64,000 bases of DNA from a virus, in IMG/VR virus record IMGVR_UViG_3300020583_000010, positions 62,029 through 126,028 of that record, one strand, 5' to 3'. Made by a program: the position numbers and the translations under genes. The notes beneath the pieces are model-generated. The model saw only the letters and a program-made list of their open reading frames with translations. It searched no databases and was not told where the DNA came from. This document shows positions 49,218 to 60,813 of this stretch, one piece after another. Within the stretch, counting starts at the first letter, position 1. Every line of letters begins with the position of its first letter.

Positions 49218-51383
49218 TTGAATAGTAAGAAGATCGCAGCCATTGTAGGAGCCACGGCTCTCGCGGCTGGCGGACTAGGGGCCGTGGCTGCTACAGCCGC
49301 GAGCAGCCCTAGTCCATCCAATCTGGTCTATAATGCCCTGACGCCTACACGTCTTGTAGACACACGCACGACACACTCTGTTAGCTCTCATTCCAGCCTT
49401 GTCGTCAATCCTAACGAGTCGGGCGCAAGCGCTGTTGTTCTTAATGTGACAGCTACCGGCGCTACTAACTCAGGTAATCTGACGGTTGATCCTGATGGTG
49501 TTCCTGAGACAGGCACCAGTAATGTCAACTTCGCTTCCGGGCAGACTCAGGCAAACGAGGTGACAGCAGCTCTCGGTGCTGACGGAAATGTGGCTATCTG
49601 GAACAATTCTCCTGGATCAGTTCAGATTATAGTAGACCTGGAAGGCTACTATACAGGAAGCCCTAATCCTGGTCCGACGACTACGAGTCCGTCGCCGACG
49701 GCCACTACGCCCACGCCTACTCCAACCACACCGACGCCCACGCCTACTCCAACCACACCGACGCCCACGCCTACTCCGACCCCTACTGGAACTTCTACAG
49801 GGTTCAATCCTACTCCGCTAGGAATGCCCGGCAACTTCACCTACACCGGTGGAGATGAGTTCAATGGAACAGCTCTTAACACCAACATGTGGACTCCCGG
49901 ATGGTTCGGTACAGGACTTACCGGTCCGGTTAACAGCGGAGAACACCAGGGATACGACAGTGCCAACGTAACAGAGCCCGGAGACGGAACTCTTCATCTG
50001 GCACTTACTGCCACTAAGGGATCTCTAGTATCTTCGAACACACATTTCAGTTTCACATCACCAGGGGCGTATGAAGCTCGCGTGTATCTCCCCGGAAGCG
50101 GTGGAGATCTCTACAACTGGCCAGCTGCCTGGACTGATGGACAGAGTTGGCCTGCCAACGGCGAGATCGATGCCATGGAGGGTCTGGGAACTCCAGATAC
50201 TCCCTGCTTCCACGTACACACGAGCGCGTCACCTAATGGTGTGGGTGGTTGTCCATCTGGTGACTATACCGGATGGCACACATATGGATTCCAGTGGACT
50301 GGAACTACCATTACTTTCTACTATGACGGTGTGAATGTCGGGTCAGAGCCTTACAGCACCGGCAACGCGCCTCAATACCTAATCTTCGATAATACCTCTT
50401 CTGGCACTCCAGTTCCGGATGTAATGCAGGTAGACTACGTGCGCGTATGGTCAAGCAGCGGTTCTACACCGACGCCCACACCTACTACCACAAGTCCGAC
50501 ACCAACACCGACGGTCACTACCACAACACCAACACCGACTCCAACAGTTACGACAACCAGTCCGACTCCTACACCAACACAGCCCACTACTCCACCGGCC
50601 GCCGGAAGTGCTCCAGCACACACAGTAGTGTTATTGGAAGAGAATCAGAGTCTCAACAATGTCGTAGGTGATACTACGGATGCCCCATACCTTAACAGTC
50701 TCGCGAGTCAGGGAACCCTGTATACAGATGATACCGGCAAATCCCATCCGTCACTCCCCAATTACCTAGATCTGTACTCGGGAAGCACTCAGGGCCAGGA
50801 CGGCAGTGACAATTGCATCCTGTCTTCAGCTCCGAATATAGCTACCGAGCTAGGGTCTGGCAATGTGAAGGAGTTTGCTGAGAATCTGCCGTCAGATCCC
50901 ACATCGAACTCAGGAAATTATGCCTGTCGACATAATCCCGCAGCGCAATTCACAGACAGCGCGTCTAAAGCGGCTGAGAATGATTTCTCTGCTTTCCCGA
51001 CAACAGCAGCAGGATACGCAGCACTTCCTAAGCTGAGCTACGTCACACCTAATCTGATTGACGACGGCCACACATACAATAACCCGCAGTCTTTGGCAAA
51101 CACTGACGCGTGGGCTAAGGCAAACATCGATAGTTATGCTCAGTGGGCTAAAGCCAACCATTCCGTTCTGATTGTGACATGGGATGAAAACCTGAGTAGC
51201 AATACAGACCTGACTACACCGCTTCCGATGTTCATTGTGGGCGCTGGAGTCCCAGCTACTACGCAGGCATCTCATGTAACCCACGACTCAGTGCTACGAA
51301 CTATAGAGAACTGGTATGGAGCCAGTCCTCTGGCTGACACGGCCGCAGCGTCAAGTCTTCCTGGCCTTCCGAGCTCCTTCTAG
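49218..51383 (+). CDS. secreted multidomain protein: PTRLVDTR domain, GH16 glycoside hydrolase, phosphoesterase (acid phosphatase-like)
   Basis: Signal peptide; Pro/Thr linkers; GH16 DEFNG..WPAAW..GEIDAMEG..WHTYG..DYVRVW; phosphoesterase HTVVLLEEN..HPSLPNY..RHNP..DDGH..TWDE..HDSVLRTIE. Confidence 0.88.
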   Translation: MNSKKIAAIVGATALAAGGLGAVAATAASSPSPSNLVYNALTPTRLVDTRTTHSVSSHSSLVVNPNESGASAVVLNVTATGATNSGNLTVDPDGVPETGTSNVNFASGQTQANEVTAALGADGNVAIWNNSPGSVQIIVDLEGYYTGSPNPGPTTTSPSPTATTPTPTPTTPTPTPTPTTPTPTPTPTPTGTSTGFNPTPLGMPGNFTYTGGDEFNGTALNTNMWTPGWFGTGLTGPVNSGEHQGYDSANVTEPGDGTLHLALTATKGSLVSSNTHFSFTSPGAYEARVYLPGSGGDLYNWPAAWTDGQSWPANGEIDAMEGLGTPDTPCFHVHTSASPNGVGGCPSGDYTGWHTYGFQWTGTTITFYYDGVNVGSEPYSTGNAPQYLIFDNTSSGTPVPDVMQVDYVRVWSSSGSTPTPTPTTTSPTPTPTVTTTTPTPTPTVTTTSPTPTPTQPTTPPAAGSAPAHTVVLLEENQSLNNVVGDTTDAPYLNSLASQGTLYTDDTGKSHPSLPNYLDLYSGSTQGQDGSDNCILSSAPNIATELGSGNVKEFAENLPSDPTSNSGNYACRHNPAAQFTDSASKAAENDFSAFPTTAAGYAALPKLSYVTPNLIDDGHTYNNPQSLANTDAWAKANIDSYAQWAKANHSVLIVTWDENLSSNTDLTTPLPMFIVGAGVPATTQASHVTHDSVLRTIENWYGASPLADTAAASSLPGLPSSF

Positions 51384-51390
51384 GAGAGAT

Positions 51391-51615
51391 ATGAGCCTGA
51401 CTATTACCTATAGTGCTCCAGATGTGCGTGGAGGAGAACCGTGGCGTGTTACTCTTCCCATCCATGGCGACTCTGTTCCTGATGTGCTCAGCTATGCTCA
51501 GCGCAGGCTGGCGGAAGCTCTAGAGCTCTTCCGTGATCCGGGTTGGCATGAAGACGGTGTCTATCCTGTGAATGAAGATGCCATGAGCTACATCATTGAA
51601 GGTAACCTATACTAA
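51391..51615 (+). CDS. hypothetical protein
   Basis: AGGAG RBS before MSLTITY. Confidence 0.6.
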   Translation: MSLTITYSAPDVRGGEPWRVTLPIHGDSVPDVLSYAQRRLAEALELFRDPGWHEDGVYPVNEDAMSYIIEGNLY

Positions 51616-51641
51616 CTCAATAAGTTTCAAGAATCACAGAC

Positions 51642-51678
51642 GGTCCGAGTTGACAAGCTCGGACCTTATGTGTATCCT
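51642..51678 (+). promoter_or_regulatory. promoter with -35 inside an inverted repeat
   Basis: ggtccgag-TTGACAag-ctcggacc; TTGACA-N17-TATCCT. Confidence 0.65.
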
Positions 51679-54600
51679 GGAGGCATGGTAGTGATTAGAG
51701 AACGAGGCACCTTTGAGGAAGTCATAGCAAAGTGGCTCAATGAAAACACAGAGCTTCACCGTATGGTGCAGAACTACTTCAGTCAGGCTGACTGGTACGG
51801 TGCAGGCTCTCCTTATTACCTGACTCTATGCGAAGCTGATAAGGCAGAAGAGCTTTATATTCTTGTGCGCGATGAGCTTCATAGATGTTCGGGATATCTT
51901 TTCTCTAAACTTATAGATCTTATACTAGAAGAGGTAGATTTCTCAGAAGTGTTTGACCTGGTATACGAGCGTAAGGAACTAGACTGATGTTCGATCTATT
52001 GGTGTTCGATCAGGCATTTCAGGCGTGGCTGACCGTAGACGGCTTCTACACGGAAGAGGAAGCTGAAGAACAGCTTACCCTGATGCTTGGAACCGTGGAC
52101 GACAATGGACATGAGCTTACTATAGACGACTTCATTGTGGAGTATGTAGGCTGATGTCTAAGTACCGCGTGGCTCATAGCTCCAAGTTCAAGGGATGGCA
52201 GGTTCTAAGCCATCATGACAGCAAGAGAGACGCTGAAAAGGCACGCAGTGACTTCCTGCGAGTTGAGAAAGACCTACTGAACTACCAAGTACAGGTAGAG
52301 CAGGCTGAGCGTAGGTATGAGGTAAGAGCCGGTGATCCGGCTCTAGAACTTGACGTTCTTGTCAGTACGTGGGACACTAGAGAAGATGCTGAAGTCGAAT
52401 TGTCTTACGAGCAGAAGGTAAGCTCGACACGAGAACTGGTCTTTCGCATCGCCGAGACAGAAGAATGGGTTAAAGCCAAGACCTGACAGGATTTAAAACA
52501 ATGAAAGTGGTCAATAACCTAGAAAATCCTAAGCCGGAATGGGAGACAGAGGATCATTCTGTTTCTCTACATCTGGACGGCAACTACACACTCACTGTAT
52601 GGGGAGCTGGCCACTATGCCCTCACCTACAAAGACAATATTGACCATTCTCACTCTAGGCTGCTGGCCTCTGGAACTGATATCACCAAAGAGCTCTACCT
52701 AGGTTATAAGACTAGAAAAGGATTACGATGAGTGTCCGTTATGTGGTAGTTACGAAACTCAGTTCTATCTACTATAATATCTTAGACTGCAAGACGGACA
52801 GTCTTGTGACTGAACGCAGTAGAAATAAGTTCAATGTGCTTGAAGATGTAGAGCTATCCTATCGTCATATAGGGTCAGCTCAGTACCACGCAGACAAGTT
52901 AAACGAGAAAGAGGAGGGCCGATGAACGGCGCTTCAATCACTACAGAGCCTATTGTAGACGAGATGGCAGAGTGGAGTCTTCTGAAGGATTTAGACTTCA
53001 ACCCTGGAACGCAGGAGCCTGAGACCTGTCAGATGACGTGGGTGCACAACAAGCAGCCATGCTGCTCCAGAAAAGCAGAATGGCGCACAATTGGACATTT
53101 CTTGTGCGAGCATGATGGCGCCTCTGCCGTGCTATGCGACCCGTGCAAGAGAGAAGACGAGGCGCAAGACTATATCGGCTGGGTGTGTACCGGCTGCGGA
53201 GCGGCTCAAGTTAAAATAAGTTATGAGCGCCTATGACTATAGATGCCAGGGCTTTAGAGCTCAAAGCCCACTATGACTCACTACTGACTCTCTCAGAGAT
53301 AGCCCTTGACGAGTACGACCTTGTGCTTTACACTAGAGGCAGTACAGGCGCCGAGATAGCAGAAGCCTACACGGAATACGAGAGATTGCGGCGCAAAAGA
53401 GAAGAAGCACGACAAGATTATATAAACTACATTGAGAAGGGCGAGTAATATGTCTCTAGCTGTAGCCAAGAATCCCACGGCTGCCCAATACTGCCTGGAA
53501 GTCTTTTTCCGCAGGAACCTTGATCTTCTCGGGTTGGACGAGTACGAGCAAGACTACGAGTCCTTGTATCTGCACGACTACCCTACTCAGAAGGATATCG
53601 ATGCTCTCGTTCCGGACGGCTGGGAGTTGGTGAGCTCCGCGATTATCCCTCTAGCCCTTGACTTTGTAGAGGATGAGCCATATGCTGTAGAAGACGACCC
53701 GATGAAGGACTCAGTTGACTGGGAACGCTACAGCGGCTATGATGCATATGACGAGATCGACGACACGGAAGACTGGTATGGACATGGCTAAGCTAAGAGC
53801 CGGAGATGCGTGGCTTGTTCTAGGGTCCTATGACGAGTGTGGTAGGCCTTTCATTGGGCTGGTCACTAATGAGGGCATCCTGACAGGCACACTCCTAGAC
53901 GGGCAGCCTTTTCAGGCATCCACTGAGAGCTACTCGGGCCGCTTCCTTACGCGTCTTACTAGGGGTACGGGCCGGGTTGTAGACTATGCGGAGAAGTTCT
54001 ATGGCTGAGATCTCGCCAGGCGATATGGTCTATTTCTATGGAAATGAAGACACTGAGGAAGATTTCGGCTTCGTAGACTTTATCTGGTCCTCAGGTAACG
54101 AATACACTCTGGAGATTGTGCATCATAATCCAGGTGGCCTCCCTTATATCTTCTATGCGGATGAAGTCACGCAAGATACCTTCACTGTGATTGAACCTCC
54201 GCAAAAGCCCTTCGAGCCCGGATACTTTCTGTGTAATGACTCTACTGGCAGCTATAGGACGGGCGACGTAGTAAAGTGGGCCGTCAGGCCACCAGAAGGT
54301 TACTGGAGCCGCATTAACCTGATTCTTGACGAGGAGGCTGTACAATGACACTCAGGCGATTCAAGGACCATCCTGCCTACAGGCCACTTACTGTAGTCAG
54401 TGACTTCAAGAAGCACCGATGCTATGTGGCAATGGATGACGATACCAAGCAAGTGTACTGGAGTGGTGAGACTATAGAAGAGGTTAACGGCTTCGCTGCC
54501 GTGATAGCTGATACCCTGGCAGTTAATGTCGCTGTATTCACCGTGGAAGTATTCTATGCCTGAGTCTCGTAGTTTCAAGAATGCGGCTGTCATACACAGT

Positions 54601-57346
54601 CTGAATGATCCTATATCCTGGTGTGTCTATAAGAACCCTGGAGCTGAGGACAGAGAATACTTTCCTGAGGACGAGTATGATGTCGAGATCACTATCACGA
54701 AGAAGTTCAAGCCTGGGTACTTCAGGATGCTGAAAAATAATCTAGGGCAGCCTCAACTTACCGGCCCTATCAGCTGGTGGGGTACTGATCCCGGTGATCG
54801 GTTTGAGCGAGTCAAGGTAACTCCAGACAGATGAGTAGCAGTAAGCTCGCTTTCGAGAATTTCCATGTTCGTTGCTCTCCGAGAATGAGCGAACCTGAAG
54901 ACTCCGTGGTCTGGGAAGTAGTTAATACTGAAGGCGTGGTAATATTTCGCCATGAGGATTCTCTTAAAGCCCGTCTTATGGCTGCCACTTTTGAGTATCT
55001 ATACCTGAAGATAGACACCTTCGACAGAGACATGATAAAAGACCTACTTACGGAAACAATGGCTGAATTAGATGAGGAAATAGCCAAAAGTGCACGAATC
55101 CAATGAGGAGTACGAAGAGATGATGGGTTGTATACCTCCGGATGACATGGCCGCCGTTAGCGCGGCCTACGGGGCAATGTACTCCAAACTCGCTTATCCT
55201 CAGCCATATAAGCCTAAGAAACTCATCAAGCGCGAGCGTATGGGTGTTGAAGAGGTACTGTGGGAGAAGGGAACTACTCGTGAGACCGTGTATCATGAGT
55301 ATGATGATGGAACTCTCTACAGTATTGCGAGATACAAGACTGAGAAGTATACTAGAATTACAGTCTACAAGTTGGCCGCAGACGGTTCCTATGCGGAACT
55401 GAAGCACCTGTTCATGAGTGAGGTTAAAGACTGATGTATGAGATGCGCGTGCGTGAATACGGTGAGTGGATGGAGTGGGAACCCATTTCAGATCTAGATA
55501 GTCTCGTGGCCATTTCAGGAATTGAATTCAGAGAGATGCCCGAGTTCGAGCCGGGTTATTACCTGCTGGTTAAAAGCATTGACGGTAAGAGTGCCCTAAC
55601 AGGCGACAAAGAGCATTTCGTTATATGGAGAGATGAACCGTGTAGCGGGATGCGTAACGGGGCTGAGTATGTCAAAGTAAGAGTATTCGCTAGAGACGGT
55701 GGCGAGATCTGATGCCTAACCGCTCTCGGGCTAAATGGTACTATACTACTGTGCGTAAGGATTATGCAGGCAACTATGATTTCTACTATTACGACGAGTA
55801 CGATACAGTAGAAGAAGCCACAGATGCCAGAGACAACCAGATAGGCTATGGCTCTGAAGATGACTGGGTAGTTCTAAAAGTCACTACTACTTATGAGGAA
55901 CTGTGATGAGTCTTTATGACTCCAGACCCTTCGATGTCTGTGAGCACTATGGAGTAGACGACTTCATTGGAGTGCTTGACAGTTTTATTACTCAAGGAGA
56001 ATATCTAGTCTGTGACCGGCCGAGCTGTGCCTGGTCAATATCCGTAGACGATAATTCGCTATCAGACACTGTCTCTGAAGCTATGGAGCACTGGAATAGG
56101 AAGCATGCCTGACGCAGAAACTCTCGTAGAGACTGAGTCTATCTCTGCTCTGGCCTTCTCTCCGCCGTGCGAGGCCCTGGACTGGGATGCTAGTGTCTGC
56201 GGCGCCAAAGCAAGCTGGATCATGTGGTATGATGCCTCTTGTGAGCACAAAGGTCCTTACTTCTTCTGTCCAGAGCATAAAGAGTTTATGCTGGAACAGC
56301 TGGCCAAGTGCTGGGATGACACATACCAGTATAGGAATGGTATAATGTTCTGTGTCCGGTGTGGAGCCTGGACTACTATCTTCAATATTCGAGTAGAACC
56401 TTTGAAAGGTTGAATTTAATGAGTAACTCAGCAGATGCCAGACTTTATTTCGGGTACTTTCTCGGAAACCCTGAGTACACTAGTTGGCTCATCAAAAATG
56501 AAGACGAAGAGGATGACCAGGCAGAAGGCCTTGTCTCTAAGGCCTTCGACAACATTCCTGAGGACTGCAAGCCTAAGATGAAGTACCCGGATCGCGATGA
56601 CTACTATGATTTCGAGAAAGAGAGAGCCGTTAAAGACTATTATGGTGTAGAGATCAGACACGCTGGATATGTGTACTCATCCTGCTACCTGACAGTAGCA
56701 ACCACCACAGCTCTCGAAGCTAGTGATTATGGGTATATAGTCCTAGATCTTGATGATCTCCTGTGCCGTTCGAGCCAAGAGCACTGGGAGGATCGTCTGG
56801 ACAGGTTCATCACAGCATCTGGCTTGGAATGGGCTGAAGATGTAGAAGATGAGCCCCAAGCTTCGTGGCTTCTGGTCGCAAGTTATGGATGATATCCCTG
56901 ATGGTCTTCACCGTGACTGGCTCATAGACAATGAGTTCGTGGATCTCCTAGAACTCTGGAGTAACCAGCCGGACTGGTCCTATGAAGATGTCAGACAGTG
57001 GTACTTCACCCATGATTGTCAAGTCTGCCGACTCAAAGGACCCAATGAGTCGTGCCTAGATTGCTAGGAGACTATTATGATTTCATTCGGCCTTATAATT
57101 GACGAGGCTGGCGTCCCTGGCCTCTATAAGTCTGTCGAGAGAGCCAAGAAGCAGGTAGAGGAAGAGATTAAAAGTTGTTACGGGGTAGATGTGTGGGAGG
57201 AAGTTGGATACAAGTGTGTGTGGATGACTCCGGTAGATGCCTGGTGGGAGACTGTGAGTGTCTACAGTCTTAATGACGACTGGGTAGAAGATTATGATTA
57301 TCAGGTAGGTCCCATAATATTATCAGACGCTTGGCAACTGTATTAA
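51670..57346 (+). other. run of about 20 small hypothetical genes
   Basis: Co-oriented ORFs of 60-180 aa with ATGA-type overlaps. Confidence 0.65.
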
Positions 57347-57380
57347 GTAAGTAGTAACTTTGGACTAGGTCACAATAGTA

Positions 57381-57410
57381 AGAAAGCCCCTCAACCTTGA
57401 GGGGCTTTCT
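57381..57410. terminator. bidirectional terminator between convergent blocks
   Basis: agaaagcccctcaa-cc-ttgaggggctttct. Confidence 0.85.
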
Positions 57411-57421
57411 CATGTCATCTG

Positions 57422-58267
57422 TTAGGCTGTGCTCTGAAAGGTGTTAGTACTGCCATCAGGAAGACTGAAGGTTGTCATTGCAGAGTTCTTTATAAGAGGC
57501 AACGCCTTGTCTATGGAATAGGCATTAAAGGTGTCAGTAGGTTCTTTCACATCTATTCTACTCTTTGATGTGCCGCTGCGGAACTCGAACAAGTAACTGA
57601 ACCAAACACCGGACTTATCCGCAGGATCTGAAACCTCTAATCCTATGAATAACACATCACTGAAAGTTCTCATCATGACTTGACTCTTACCCGTCTGCGT
57701 CTTACTCTGGCTCTTCAGCATAAGAGTATAAGGTCCCGAATCTGAAGATCTAATAAGAGAAGACCATTCACTCTGAAGACTAGACAGTCCTAAAGTATTC
57801 AATATCTCTACATCTAAGAATCCGGACTTTACTCTGATATTACTGCTAGTGATTTCCACTGCACGCGGTCCATAGAGAGCTCCGAGACTCTTATTCTCCG
57901 AGTCGAAGATCTGTACTGAGGTGATAGAGAAGGCCTCATATTTGTCTTTCTCAGGAGACTCAGGAGCCACGGTATTCTTTTTGCCTAGCAGAGTGACCTG
58001 ATCTACAGTACTCGTGCGAACTGACCAGACTTTGACGTTTCTACTAAAGCCAGAACCCTCAGGCGCGTTGGCGTGAAAGACAGTCCTGTCTTCCTGCTCA
58101 TCATACCAGTCAGCCACCACATAGGTGGGAGCAGTCATTCCATTACGCAGTACCTTGAACTCGTAGGTACCCAGACCTTCAACCTCTAGCCGTTCTGGCT
58201 GAGGAAACTGCTTTACATCCCAACCCTCACCCAGGGATGCCAAGAATTCTTCTTTATCAGTAGCCAT
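57422..58267 (-). CDS. hypothetical protein
   Basis: 281-aa ORF with AAGGA RBS. Confidence 0.7.
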   Translation of the reverse strand: MATDKEEFLASLGEGWDVKQFPQPERLEVEGLGTYEFKVLRNGMTAPTYVVADWYDEQEDRTVFHANAPEGSGFSRNVKVWSVRTSTVDQVTLLGKKNTVAPESPEKDKYEAFSITSVQIFDSENKSLGALYGPRAVEITSSNIRVKSGFLDVEILNTLGLSSLQSEWSSLIRSSDSGPYTLMLKSQSKTQTGKSQVMMRTFSDVLFIGLEVSDPADKSGVWFSYLFEFRSGTSKSRIDVKEPTDTFNAYSIDKALPLIKNSAMTTFSLPDGSTNTFQSTA

Positions 58268-58365
58268 TGTGTGTTCCTTTAGTGTAGTGTGTTATGGCTT
58301 GTATATTAAATTATTATGAAGTTATAAGCCTTTAGGAAATATCGGTCTTTTCCACGAAATGCTTC

Positions 58366-58659
58366 TTAAGCCGTCTGAAGAACATGTAGTAGCCTACCAC
58401 AGTTCCTACTCCCTGAAGTACATTCAACACAGTGAGAAATACAAGCATCAACTATCCTCGCAAGGGCACTCAAGCCTGTGTAACCAGGAGAACCTGTGTA
58501 ACCAGGAGAACCTGTTTCCTTACAGCCGCAGCGGTCTGCACATTGAGTAGGAGCAATAAAGTAACCACTGGGAGAAAGTTTAACTAATACTTTATCATCC
58601 CCTAGTGTCTCTAAAATACGGAAGGTATTAGTCTTTTTACGCTTGAAAGGATTCCACAC
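58366..58659 (-). CDS. Cys-rich small protein with 18-bp tandem repeat (TGSPGY x2)
   Basis: cctgtgtaaccaggagaa duplicated near 58475-58515. Confidence 0.5.
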   Translation of the reverse strand: MWNPFKRKKTNTFRILETLGDDKVLVKLSPSGYFIAPTQCADRCGCKETGSPGYTGSPGYTGLSALARIVDACISHCVECTSGSRNCGRLLHVLQTA

Positions 58660-58818
58660 ATGTTACTCTGCCAAGCCTGGTATAGTCTTCCTCATGATAT
58701 AGACCTACAGATACTTTAAAATTAGGAGATGTAGCCGTAATCCCCACGGATGCTTCTATCTCGTGTCCTTTAAGCTCAGTGATGGTCCAGACTTTTATTT
58801 TTCTAGCATCATCTAGAT

Positions 58819-59478
58819 TCATGAAAACTGGCTGAACCTTTCCACTTTTGCTGTGGTGGACCCAGGAGTACTCGCGCTGCCCTCAGTGTAGGCAGGCACC
58901 TCTGCAACAGGCAGAGGCGGTGTATATGAGGTGTCTGGAGCTGCTGGAGCAAACTCATCAGGAAGGTCGTCATCCACAACTCCTAGCCCTTCCTTCAGGG
59001 CTGCCAGCACCTTGGTATCGTGATTGGCATAGGCTGACTCAATGTACTTTATAGCGGCTGCTACATCGTAAGAGTGATCAAGATCAGAACTAACCTGGTA
59101 TTGCTCGAATGTGGGTTCGGGCATTATCTGTGCAAGACTCCGCGCTTCGGTCTTAGCTTCCTGAACCCACTGGGAGTGCACAGCATAGCTCTTCTCACGC
59201 TCTTCCTCTGTTCCGTACAGGTCTTCATCATCTTCTAGGTAATCGTCTTCATTCTCCAGTGGCTCTCCGAGATCAGCAGCATAGAGAAACATGGCAGATG
59301 ACGGCGCCACATAGTCGGCCGGATGAATATAGGAATCTAGCAACTCAACAGAGACAGAGTGCACTACATGCTCAGGGAGTGCGTGTTGTGCGGCTCTCAC
59401 TTTGCTGGTAAATATTCCTACCAGGGCGGAATCACCGTCAATTACCACATAGAAGTTCTTAATACTATTTAGACTCAC
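58819..59478 (-). CDS. acidic hypothetical protein
   Basis: 219-aa ORF. Confidence 0.65.
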   Translation of the reverse strand: MSLNSIKNFYVVIDGDSALVGIFTSKVRAAQHALPEHVVHSVSVELLDSYIHPADYVAPSSAMFLYAADLGEPLENEDDYLEDDEDLYGTEEEREKSYAVHSQWVQEAKTEARSLAQIMPEPTFEQYQVSSDLDHSYDVAAAIKYIESAYANHDTKVLAALKEGLGVVDDDLPDEFAPAAPDTSYTPPLPVAEVPAYTEGSASTPGSTTAKVERFSQFS

Positions 59479-59767
59479 TGTTTTCCTCTTCTAGTATATA
59501 ATCCACACAACAATTCTGTCCTTCATCATGAGCAGAGCATAAAAACCCATACTTCTCATGTGCCGATTTCAACCATTGCTTCTGGACTGCAGTCAATGAC
59601 TCACCGAACTCTCTAAAAGAAGTACCGTCCTCCTCCGTGTATTCGGCGTCCTCATATGGGGAATGGAACATATACTCAGTATCCCAGTTTGTAGACCCAC
59701 GATTGTCACAGTCACTCGGACAAGGACAGGTCTCTTCCTCGCAGTTACCCACAGTGATTCTCCTCAT
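59465..59767 (-). CDS. Cys-rich hypothetical protein
   Basis: ORF just downstream of promoter. Confidence 0.6.
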   Translation of the reverse strand: MRRITVGNCEEETCPCPSDCDNRGSTNWDTEYMFHSPYEDAEYTEEDGTSFREFGESLTAVQKQWLKSAHEKYGFLCSAHDEGQNCCVDYILEEENSESK

Positions 59768-59778
59768 AATGTGTAGAG

Positions 59779-59807
59779 AAGTTATCCAGATAAGACAACT
59801 GTGTCAA
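59779..59807 (-). promoter_or_regulatory. sigma70-type promoter
   Basis: TTGACA-N17-TAACTT. Confidence 0.6.
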
Positions 59808-59817
59808 AGTCAGGTGT

Positions 59818-60390
59818 TCAGCCATTAAGAGCCTCGCCCTCAAGTATCAAAACCCGTTCCAGGGTTGTGGCAAGGTGCACAGAGCCGTGCAGTCTCAACT
59901 CGATAGCCAGCTCTCTCGCCGCGTCTCTGTGGTCCGGCAATACCGTTCTCAGAGCTTTCACGAGAGCCTCGAAGTCAGCCACGATAGCCTCATCTACTCT
60001 GTCCCCCTCGGCTTTAGCCGTAAACTTCTCTATCAGAGCCAGAGAGTTTCTGACTTCCTTGATGGCATTCAATGCGAGGAGGTCGTTTCCAAGAGCATGC
60101 GCTCGACTCTGAATCTCCCGCGCGGTGGCAACAGTCTCAGCAAGCATCTGATTGATGACCTTCTGATCAGTGGTGAGGCCTGCTGCTATAAGTTCTTCCG
60201 TATTACCTCGAACAACAAGAGCATTGTTTATAATCACAGACTCTGCCAGATGCGCCTGAGAATGACGATACAGGGCAGAGGCAGTTACCTCGTACTTCTC
60301 AGCAAGAATAGAATGAGGAACCTTAGCGGCAAGATCAATATCAATCTCTACATGTCGCTCATTGGTACATATGGAACAGGCGCGGGGCAA
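59818..60390 (-). CDS. Zn-finger/HTH protein, possible terminase small subunit-like
   Basis: CSIC..ID..L..ILAEKY.V..SALYRH..HL followed by helices. Confidence 0.5.
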   Translation of the reverse strand: MPRACSICTNERHVEIDIDLAAKVPHSILAEKYEVTASALYRHSQAHLAESVIINNALVVRGNTEELIAAGLTTDQKVINQMLAETVATAREIQSRAHALGNDLLALNAIKEVRNSLALIEKFTAKAEGDRVDEAIVADFEALVKALRTVLPDHRDAARELAIELRLHGSVHLATTLERVLILEGEALNG

Positions 60391-60813
60391 AGTAGTTATC
60401 CCTCTTCTGCTAGCAGGTGTTCTTTAACCATCGGAGAGCTCTCTAGCGGGTATTCTAGCTCTGCTTTACGCTTGGCTACGAAAAACCAGTCTAAATAAGG
60501 ATATTCTTCAAAGTGTTTTACCCCCATAAGAAAACCCTGAATGAAATGGTACCTTGTCGCGGCGACACTTGCATCAGAGCAATCTTCACAGACCATTACA
60601 TCCCCTGATACAGACTGGGAACAGGATTGTGCTCAATGTGGCTTTCCAGGAAGAACAATGCTGATTCTACTGCTTCTTCAACACCGGCATAGAGTTCTTG
60701 CAGGGGATGAAAAAGGTCCAGCATATAGAAAACTGTAGACCTCAGTGTCTCCTGAGGGAGAGCTGAGAGATCCATAGATCTTAGGTACCTGATACGCTGT
60801 TCTAGGTCATGTC

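Noticed and set aside
49670-50600. acgcc/acacc DNA repeats
   Set aside because: Explained by Pro/Thr linkers of the secreted protein
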